Positions 11,283-18,239 of a DNA stretch of 64,000 bases are shown piece by piece. A model generated the notes under the pieces. The model was not told the DNA's origin, searched no databases, and saw nothing but the letters and a program-made list of their open reading frames with translations. A program made the position numbers and the translations under genes. Where the stretch lies: contig JBAYQP010000007.1 of assembly GCA_041677125.1 (NCBI GenBank), forward strand, positions 13,998 to 77,997, written 5' to 3'. Within the stretch, counting starts at the first letter, position 1. Each line of letters starts with the position of its first letter. The DNA is from Desulfuromonadales bacterium. GTDB taxonomy: Bacteria; Desulfobacterota; Desulfuromonadia; Desulfuromonadales; JACZKF01.

Positions 11283-11347
11283 AGTGACGAGTGACGGGTA
11301 ACCAGTAACTTTCATCATGTCACTCGTCACTCGTCACTCGTCACGTG
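11283..11347. repeat. Inverted array of TCGTCAC/GTGACGA heptads in the argJ-deoC spacer
   Basis: The left arm AGTGACGAGTGACGG (11283-11297) faces (GTCACTC)x3+GTCAC (11319-11344). This allows a perfect 13-bp stem with a >=20-nt loop, and the array ends in the palindrome CACGTG. Confidence 0.8.
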
Positions 11348-11352
11348 CCCTC

Positions 11353-12015
11353 ATGAATCCCGCATCCCTCATCGATCATACCCTGCTGCGGCCCGATGCT
11401 TCTTCCGAACAGATTGCAATACTGTGTGAAGAAGCGGTGGAGCATGGTTTTGCCGCCGTCTGCGTCCCGCCGGTTTATGTTCCTCTGGCCGTCGCGCGGC
11501 TTTATGGCTCGCAGGTGCGCGTGGCCACCGTTGCCGGTTTTCCCCTCGGGTATCAACTTCCGGCGGAAAAAGCCTTCGCCGCTGCCCAAGCGGCCGCGCA
11601 AGGGGCGGAGGAAATCGACATGGTTATTCACCTGGGAGCGGCTTTGGCCGGACGGCTGGACGAGGTCGAAGAGGAAATTCGCGAAGTGGTGCGGGCCGCT
11701 GACGGCACTGCGATCAAAGTTATTCTCGAATGCTGTTATCTGCCCGATGCGCTGAAGAAGGCGCTGGTTACGCGGGTTGTCGCCGCCGGCGCCGCTTACG
11801 TCAAGACATCCACCGGTTTCGGCCCGGGCGGCGCCACCGAGGCGGATGTTCGCCTTCTGTCCGCGGCCGCGGACTCACGGATCGGCGTCAAAGCCGCCGG
11901 CGGCATCCGCGACTGGTCCTTCTGCCAGCGCCTGTTGTCCGGCGGAGCGACCCGCATCGGCACCAGCGCCGGCCCCCGGATCGTCAGCCAATGGCGGCAG
12001 GCGGTCGGCCTGTGA
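11353..12015 (+). CDS. deoC: Deoxyribose-phosphate aldolase
   Basis: Contains LIDHTLLRP..., FAAVCVPP and the Schiff-base Lys region AAYVKTSTGFG. Start chosen at MNPASLIDHT (ATG 11353); ATG 11317 inside the heptad repeat is the alternative. Confidence 0.9.
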   Translation: MNPASLIDHTLLRPDASSEQIAILCEEAVEHGFAAVCVPPVYVPLAVARLYGSQVRVATVAGFPLGYQLPAEKAFAAAQAAAQGAEEIDMVIHLGAALAGRLDEVEEEIREVVRAADGTAIKVILECCYLPDALKKALVTRVVAAGAAYVKTSTGFGPGGATEADVRLLSAAADSRIGVKAAGGIRDWSFCQRLLSGGATRIGTSAGPRIVSQWRQAVGL

Positions 12016-13220
12016 CAACACGAAGCTGGCGGCGTATTGTCCTGCTGATCCTCGATGGGGTCGGCGTTGGCGCCCTCCCCGATGCCGATTGCTACGGGGA
12101 CGCCGACGCCAACACCCTGCGGCACGTGGCCGAAGCCTGTGGCGGGTTGACTTTGCCCAACCTGCAGCGGTTGGGACTGGGAAACATCCTGCCATTGGCC
12201 GGGGTGGCGCCAGTGGGGCGACCGGCGGCGCACTTCGGCCGAATGCGGGAGCTTTCCGCCGGCAAGGACACCGTAGCCGGGCACTGGGAAATCGCCGGTG
12301 TCATCACCGCCAAGCCTTTTGCCACCTTCCCGACCGGGTTCCCGGTGGAAATTATCGACGCGTTCCAGCGCGCCACCGGACTTGCCCCTTTGGGGAATAT
12401 CGCCGCCAGCGGCACTGCCATTTTGCGGCAGCTGGGGGAGGAGCACCTGCGCAGCGGCCGGCCCATCGTCTATACCAGCGCCGACTCGGTATTTCAGATT
12501 GCCGCGCATGAGAGCATCATTCCGCCTGAAAGATTATATGAACTATGCCGAATAGCCAGGGATCTGCTGAAGCCCTGGCGCATCCTGCGGGTGATCGCCC
12601 GACCTTTCACCGGCGCCAATGCCGCCGATTTTCGCCGTACCGCGGGGCGGCACGATTTCTCGCTGCCGCCAACCGGCCCGACGGTTCTCGATGCCATGCA
12701 GAGCGCCGGTCTCGACGTCATTGGCATAGGCAAGATTCACGATATATTTGCCGGTCGCGGATTGACAAGGAGTGTCTTTACAGCGGGAAATGCCGAGGGG
12801 ATGGAGCAAACACTGGCCGCCTTGTCGGCTGTTGAGCGCGGACTGATATTCACCAATCTGGTGGACTTCGATATGCTGTACGGGCACCGGCAGGACGCCG
12901 CCGGCTTCGCGCAGGCACTGGCGCGCTTCGATGCATGGCTGCCGCGGATAATGCGACAAATGACAGCGGGCGATCTGTTGCTCATCACCGCCGATCACGG
13001 ATGCGATCCGTCGACACCGGGCACCGATCACACCCGGGAGTATGTTCCGCTGCTAGCTTGGTCGCCGACATCCAAGGGGGGAAGGAACTTGGGGATTCGC
13101 GGCAGTTTCGCCGATATCGGCGCCACCGTTGCGGCAGCGTTTTCCCTATCCACATCGGCGGGGAGGAGTTTTCTTGTGCGTTTGAATGAGGGGAGCGGGA
13201 TCACATCGGGCGCAGGATAA
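12012..13220 (+). CDS. deoB: Phosphopentomutase
   Basis: Contains ILDGVGVGALPDA, GKDTVAGHWEIAG and TADHGCDPSTPGTDHTREYVPLL. The GTG at 12012 overlaps the deoC stop (GTGA); ATG 11991 is an alternative. The upstream part of the 11730 ORF overlaps deoC and is rejected. Confidence 0.85.
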   Translation: MTTRSWRRIVLLILDGVGVGALPDADCYGDADANTLRHVAEACGGLTLPNLQRLGLGNILPLAGVAPVGRPAAHFGRMRELSAGKDTVAGHWEIAGVITAKPFATFPTGFPVEIIDAFQRATGLAPLGNIAASGTAILRQLGEEHLRSGRPIVYTSADSVFQIAAHESIIPPERLYELCRIARDLLKPWRILRVIARPFTGANAADFRRTAGRHDFSLPPTGPTVLDAMQSAGLDVIGIGKIHDIFAGRGLTRSVFTAGNAEGMEQTLAALSAVERGLIFTNLVDFDMLYGHRQDAAGFAQALARFDAWLPRIMRQMTAGDLLLITADHGCDPSTPGTDHTREYVPLLAWSPTSKGGRNLGIRGSFADIGATVAAAFSLSTSAGRSFLVRLNEGSGITSGAG

Positions 13221-13962
13221 TCGCCTGACCGTTGCGCAACTGGTCCTGTGCAATTTCCGGAAAAGATTTTTCACGTTCCGACAATTCGCCAATAAATGTT
13301 TTCTCGATGAAAGTGTCCAGCGCTCGACGGTTTTCGTCGGATAGCTCGATAAATTCGATGCCAACCCCTTGCAGGTAATTGTTTTCGGGGTCGGGTTCGA
13401 CCCGATAGAGAACCCTTCCTTCCATTTCCAGTTCCTGCTTCATCCCGATCAGCGGAAAAATAACTTTCAGGCGATCTTCTTTTTTCATCCGGCAGCCGGT
13501 TTTGATGAACAGGCCCTGACAGCTCAGACTGAGAACCTCGCTCAACTGGGTGCTGTTGCCGACACAAAGCATTCCGGGAAGATGCACGGAAAGTCGCAGG
13601 TTGTGCCGGGGATGCTTGTTGATGTGGCGCTGGATCATTGAAAAAAGGGCAAATACGTCCGGAGGAAATTCCAGATATTCATGTGGCAACGCCACCGGTG
13701 CATCGATCTGGGCTTCGCCGATGACAATCAATGGACACTTCTGGCTGTTGACGCGATCTGCGACCAACTGCCACAATGGCGCCGGCTGGCCGACCAGAAG
13801 AGAGGCCCCGATGATCAGCAGATCTGGTGAGCTTTCTTCGATAAAAGACTTCAGCTCTTCCGGTTTGGAAGTGACGAGAGCCCGGTAGCCCCAATTCTTA
13901 AGAATAACCTCGAGAGTTGTCAGTAAACGTTCTCGGCTATCCCCAATAAGTAGACGTTTCAC
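13201..13962 (-). CDS. PilZ domain protein with a degenerate N-terminal receiver-like domain
   Basis: The N-terminus is REC-like (MKRLLIGDS..., DLLIIGASL) with Gly where the phospho-acceptor Asp should be. The C-terminus carries PilZ motifs RHNLR and SLSCQG. The 3' end overlaps the deoB 3' end by 20 nt (convergent). Confidence 0.7.
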   Translation of the reverse strand: MKRLLIGDSRERLLTTLEVILKNWGYRALVTSKPEELKSFIEESSPDLLIIGASLLVGQPAPLWQLVADRVNSQKCPLIVIGEAQIDAPVALPHEYLEFPPDVFALFSMIQRHINKHPRHNLRLSVHLPGMLCVGNSTQLSEVLSLSCQGLFIKTGCRMKKEDRLKVIFPLIGMKQELEMEGRVLYRVEPDPENNYLQGVGIEFIELSDENRRALDTFIEKTFIGELSEREKSFPEIAQDQLRNGQAIILRPM

Positions 13963-14128
13963 AATAGATTTCCTTGTTTTGAAATGCAGGGAATGTAAGC
14001 CCGATGGCTTTGCAGGTCAAGAAAAAACCTGTAATAACCTGTAAATGCAATGTCTTGCAAACAGGATGACACCTGGATTGCGATGTGATATAAGCCGCTG
14101 AACTGAATTCCATTAAAAGGAGGCTACA

Positions 14129-14515
14129 ATGAAAAATTTACTGCTGGTGGTTTTGTTCCTGCTCTGGAGCGCCCCTGTTTTCGGAGCTGAACCGCAGGTC
14201 GCCGAAGGCGTGATTACCACCGAAATCGTGGAGCGGGCGCCGGTCGATTCGGTGCAGACTTATCCGGCGAACGTCGATAAGATCTATTGCTTCACCAGGC
14301 TGGTTGGCGCCGAGGAGGATACAACCGTTACCCACGTCTGGTACTATGGCGGCGAGGAGATGAGCCGGATGACTCTACCGGTGCGATCATCCGATTGGCG
14401 CACCTGGTCTTCAAAAAACATTTTACCGGAATGGACCGGAGACTGGCGCGTGGAGGTTCTCAGCGCAGAAGGAAAATTGCTGATGACTTTGCCTTTCGTC
14501 TTGACCCGCAGTTGA
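14129..14515 (+). CDS. Secreted DUF2914-like protein
   Basis: Signal peptide MKNLLLVVLFLLWSAPVFGA, followed by the CFTRL...THVWYYGGEE...RTWSSK...GDWRVEV pattern typical of DUF2914. A strong SD (AAAGGAGG) lies upstream. Confidence 0.6.
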   Translation: MKNLLLVVLFLLWSAPVFGAEPQVAEGVITTEIVERAPVDSVQTYPANVDKIYCFTRLVGAEEDTTVTHVWYYGGEEMSRMTLPVRSSDWRTWSSKNILPEWTGDWRVEVLSAEGKLLMTLPFVLTRS

Positions 14516-14533
14516 TAAGTCGCACCGCAAATG

Positions 14534-14565
14534 AAAAAAGCGCCCCCGCAAGAGGGCGCTTTTTT
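14534..14565. terminator. Bidirectional rho-independent terminator between convergent genes
   Basis: AAAAAAGCGCCC-(8-nt loop)-GGGCGCTTTTTT: a GC stem flanked by an A-run and a T-run. Confidence 0.8.
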
Positions 14566-14584
14566 CGTCGGCACTATTTTCGAT

Positions 14585-15025
14585 TTACTTCTTTTTTTTG
14601 ACTTTTCTCGCCGCACGAGCTTTGGCGAGGTTGTCGCCAAGACCACGATCGACAGCCATCTGCCGGCGGCTTTCCGAGTAGGAGCGGGCGGCAAGCGGCT
14701 GGGTGCGGGGGATGTCGAACTGTTTGCGGTATTCAGTCGGCTTCATCCCGTGCGCCGTTTTCAGATGCCGGGCCAGGGTTTTCATCTCCTTGCCGCAAAG
14801 CATGCAGATGATCTTGTCCTTGCCGAAAGCTTTTTTGCGGGAGATCGAAGGGGCCGCAGCGCCCTCTTCGCCGGGCGCCTCAAGAGAAACCGCTTCCCCT
14901 TTTTCCAGGGCAGAGAGAGCCTTGGCCACTTCGGCCAGTTCGGCAATCAACTCCTCTTTGGTCATGGGGGTGGTGGATGCATGGGCTGCTACAATATCAG
15001 CGGCCATTTCAATCAGATTCGCCAT
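14585..15025 (-). CDS. MucR/Ros family zinc-finger transcriptional regulator
   Basis: 146 aa with the Ros-type finger CMLCGKEMKTLARHLKTAHG (CX2CX9HX4H), then PTEYRKQFDIP and a basic C-terminal tail. Confidence 0.85.
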   Translation of the reverse strand: MANLIEMAADIVAAHASTTPMTKEELIAELAEVAKALSALEKGEAVSLEAPGEEGAAAPSISRKKAFGKDKIICMLCGKEMKTLARHLKTAHGMKPTEYRKQFDIPRTQPLAARSYSESRRQMAVDRGLGDNLAKARAARKVKKKK

Positions 15026-15357
15026 TGTTTCCTCCTTATAAAGACGACCTTGATAACTCGATTATTTTCAGGTTGCTAACTAATACAACAATTTTTTTTA
15101 AAAGCAAGAAAAAATTTTTTTCTATGACAGAAAAAATGTTGAATACGCCATTTTTAAAATGATCATGCAGTTTGCATCGGTGGTTTCGGGAGCCAATTCG
15201 CCGCCGTCGCATTTCTTTGGCGCAACCTTCCTTTTGCGATATGTAAAACTGGTTGAGTGCCGCTGCCAACTACTACTTTTTGCAGAATTTCGATATTTTC
15301 TTTGCAAGGGGACAAGTGGTGCGGTATAGAAGCAATAATGTTTCCAGGGATCGTGAT

Positions 15358-16395
15358 GTGAATATCCGCCTTATTCTTGAACAACGTGAAGACCAAATAC
15401 TTTCACCTTTTGCCCGGCGGAGTGCGGACAGCGTCGGACGGTTGCGCGCTGAAGAGCCGTGCTCGCTAAGGACCGCATTTCAACACGATCGCGACCGGAT
15501 TCTGCACAGCAAGTCTTTTCGCCGGCTCAAACACAAAACACAGGTGTTTCTCTCTCCGGAAGGGGACCATTATCGCACCCGCCTGACCCATACCCTGGAA
15601 GTTGCGCAGATCGCCCGCACGGTGGCGCGCGCCCTCGCGTTGAATGAGGATCTTACGGAAGCGATTGCCCTCGGCCACGATCTGGGGCACACGCCCTTTG
15701 GTCACGCCGGCGAGCGGGTTCTCAATGAACTGGTGGCTGGCGGCTTCCGCCACGTCGACCAGAGCGTCCGGGTGGTGGAGGTGTTGGAAAAAGACGGCGC
15801 CGGACTCAATCTGACGGCGGAAGTCCGGGACGGCATTCGCAGGCATTCCAAAGGCCGGGGACCGCTTCTCGGCGTCGATCCGCTGGTGCAGGCCTCCACC
15901 CTCGAGGGTCGGATTGTGCGGCTGGCCGATATCATCGCCTATATCAATCACGACCTGGACGATGCCATTCGCGCCGGGCTGATCAAGCCCGGGCAGTTGC
16001 CGGCCGAAGTCGTTATTTTAGGCCAAAGGCACTCGCAACGCATCGGAACGATGGTGCGGGACATGATTCAGTCTTCCCTGGCCACCGGCGGCGAAGACAT
16101 CCGGCTTTCTCCGCCGGTCGTCGAAGCGATCGAAGGCTTGCGCAATTGGCTGTTCGAAAACGTTTATCTGGTGCGGACGGTGCACGATGATTTTGCGAAA
16201 GCATCCAGGGTTTTGCGGGAACTCTTCGCCTGCTTTATAGAGGGGCGGGAGAGCCTGACTGCCGCCGGTGGCCGCCCCTTTGCCGAGGACCCGCTTGAGG
16301 TTTCGGTAACCGATTTTATTGCCGGCATGACAGATCGTTATGCCATCAATCTTTATCAGCGACTTTTTCTGCCGCAGCCGTGGAAAATCCTCTGA
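15358..16395 (+). CDS. dGTPase-like HD-domain triphosphohydrolase
   Basis: Contains FQHDRDRILHSKSFRRLKHKTQVF, HYRTRLTHTLEVAQIAR and LGHDLGHTPFGH. The start is uncertain (GTG 15358 or GTG 15316 within the 15253 ORF). Confidence 0.85.
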   Translation: MNIRLILEQREDQILSPFARRSADSVGRLRAEEPCSLRTAFQHDRDRILHSKSFRRLKHKTQVFLSPEGDHYRTRLTHTLEVAQIARTVARALALNEDLTEAIALGHDLGHTPFGHAGERVLNELVAGGFRHVDQSVRVVEVLEKDGAGLNLTAEVRDGIRRHSKGRGPLLGVDPLVQASTLEGRIVRLADIIAYINHDLDDAIRAGLIKPGQLPAEVVILGQRHSQRIGTMVRDMIQSSLATGGEDIRLSPPVVEAIEGLRNWLFENVYLVRTVHDDFAKASRVLRELFACFIEGRESLTAAGGRPFAEDPLEVSVTDFIAGMTDRYAINLYQRLFLPQPWKIL

Positions 16396-16431
16396 ACAAG
16401 GATAACCCCTTGAATTTCCCGGTTAATAATA

Positions 16432-16461
16432 TTGACACAAAAAGCAGCGATATGATAGTTT
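16432..16461 (+). promoter_or_regulatory. Candidate sigma70 promoter for the response-regulator gene
   Basis: Perfect TTGACA (16432-16437), then GATAGT at a 16-nt spacing (or TGaTAGTTT extended -10). This would leave a ~135-nt leader. Confidence 0.3.
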
Positions 16462-16597
16462 GTGGGGCCTCGCGGCAGGGTCGGCGGGACAGGCGTTGCC
16501 GGCCGAAACAGCCCCGCTGGCAAGCCGTTGCACAATCCTGGACTAAGACCCGCGATTAAATTTGGATTCCCGCCAAGGTGGGGGTCAGGAGGATTAC

Positions 16598-18118
16598 ATG
16601 AGCAAAAAACTGTTGTTGGCCGACGACAGTATAACAATTCAAAAAGTTATCGGGATCACCTTCGCCAATGAGGATTATGAATTAAGTATTGTCGACAACG
16701 GTGAGACAGCCCTCGAAACGGCCCGTACATTTTGTCCCGATCTTATTCTTGCCGACGTTTTCATGCCCGGCAAGAACGGCTATGAATTATGCGCCGCGAT
16801 AAGAAATGATCCCGCCCTTAAAAACACCCCGCTTCTTCTACTGACCGGAACTTTCGAACCCTTCGATGAAGGGAAAGCGAAGGCTTCCGGCGCCAATAGC
16901 TGGATATCCAAGCCTTTCGAATCACAGGCTCTTATCGATCGTGTGGAAGAACTGCTGGCCAAAGCGGCGGCAAGCCCGGCTCCTGCCGCCCCCGCCGAGG
17001 CGCCGGTTGCACCGGCCGCTGCCCAACCGGTCGCCACGCCGCCCGCTGCCGCACCGCCGGTGGCCATGCCATCGGGCCCCAAGATTGAGATACCGGACGA
17101 AGCCGACGATTTTTGGGGGGACGACCTGCCGGAATCTCTGGACGCGGACATGGTCGAGGAGACGACCCTCGCCGGGCAGGATGTTCTGGAAAGCGCCGAA
17201 GAAGGAGCCGACGATCTCTGGGGGGGGATCGATCTCGAAGAAGAAACCGCCATCGAAATCGCGCCGGCGGCCGAGGCGCATGTCGAAGAATTCGCGGTGG
17301 CCGAAGATGTCTGGGGCGAACTCGCCGAAGAGACCGCCAGCGGGAGCGTGCAGGAACTCTATTCTGCGACGGTGGAAGAAACCACCCTGTTGAGGGAGGA
17401 AAAAGCCGTAAACGATAGCCAAAGACCCGCTGCCGTCGGGCCGGTTGTCGATACGGGCGGTATTGTCGATTCCGATTGGGAAGAGTTCGGCGAGGATATT
17501 CTGGCTCTGGATGAATGCGACATTCTGGAAGAAGAAGATCTTCTCGAAGCGGGCAAGCCCGCTGATGCGTTTGCAGACCGCTCGCAACTGGCTGACCCTT
17601 TCGCCGACCCCTTGCTGGATGCGGACGATAGCCAGAGTGATGCCTGCCTGACGGAACCGGCCGCCGATGATGCGCGTTGGGGAGATCTCAACGACGAGGC
17701 GAAGATCGCCGAACCCGTGTGGGAGGATTTGGCCGACGAGCCTGCCGGGGGCGCCGAGACGGTCTGGGAGGATGCGCCCGAAAAAGGTACGGCGGATGTC
17801 GCTGCCGCGTCCACCTGGGAAATCACCGACGAGGAAACCATCGCCCCCATTCCTGCTCCTGTTGTCGCTGCACCCGCTCCCGTTCCGCCGCCCGCCAAAC
17901 CCGTTGCGCCGCCGGCGCTGCCCGCCGCTTCCGTCGAGGCGCAGGTAAGCGCTCTCAGCGAGGAGGATATCGCCCGAATCGTCGAGAAGGTCGCTGGCAC
18001 GGTGATCGAACGGTTGGCTCCCGCAATTCTGGAAAAAATCATTTGGGAAGTCGTTCCCGACCTGGCTGAAGCGATGATCCGGGAAGAAATTCGCCTGATC
18101 AAGGAAGATATTCAATAA
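16598..18118 (+). CDS. Response regulator: receiver domain + ~330-aa acidic/Pro-Ala-rich linker + short conserved C-terminal helical domain
   Basis: ATG 16598 follows AGGAGGA. The REC motifs are intact (LLADDS, DLILADVFMPGKNG, LLTGT, SKPF). The rest is low-complexity and acidic, with 8 W-[GE]-x motifs. Confidence 0.8.
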   Translation: MSKKLLLADDSITIQKVIGITFANEDYELSIVDNGETALETARTFCPDLILADVFMPGKNGYELCAAIRNDPALKNTPLLLLTGTFEPFDEGKAKASGANSWISKPFESQALIDRVEELLAKAAASPAPAAPAEAPVAPAAAQPVATPPAAAPPVAMPSGPKIEIPDEADDFWGDDLPESLDADMVEETTLAGQDVLESAEEGADDLWGGIDLEEETAIEIAPAAEAHVEEFAVAEDVWGELAEETASGSVQELYSATVEETTLLREEKAVNDSQRPAAVGPVVDTGGIVDSDWEEFGEDILALDECDILEEEDLLEAGKPADAFADRSQLADPFADPLLDADDSQSDACLTEPAADDARWGDLNDEAKIAEPVWEDLADEPAGGAETVWEDAPEKGTADVAAASTWEITDEETIAPIPAPVVAAPAPVPPPAKPVAPPALPAASVEAQVSALSEEDIARIVEKVAGTVIERLAPAILEKIIWEVVPDLAEAMIREEIRLIKEDIQ

Positions 18119-18154
18119 CCGGCCGCAAACGGCCCGGCCGGCACGTCATTCAAT

Positions 18155-18193
18155 GGAAAATGGGGATTACCGCAATCCCCATTTTCCATTTTT
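18155..18193 (+). terminator. Rho-independent terminator after the response-regulator gene
   Basis: A perfect 13-bp stem GGAAAATGGGGAT/ATCCCCATTTTCC with a 7-nt loop, followed by ATTTTT. Confidence 0.75.
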
Positions 18194-18239
18194 CATCCGC
18201 CGCCCGCTTGCCGCAGGCTCCTGGAAGGATTCGAATTGT

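Noticed and set aside
11730-12011. Upstream extension of the deoB ORF (496-aa track ORF) and the parallel 244-aa ORF at 11777..12511
   Set aside because: Both overlap the deoC coding region in other frames with Arg/Pro-rich translations. Phosphopentomutase similarity begins at about 12012.
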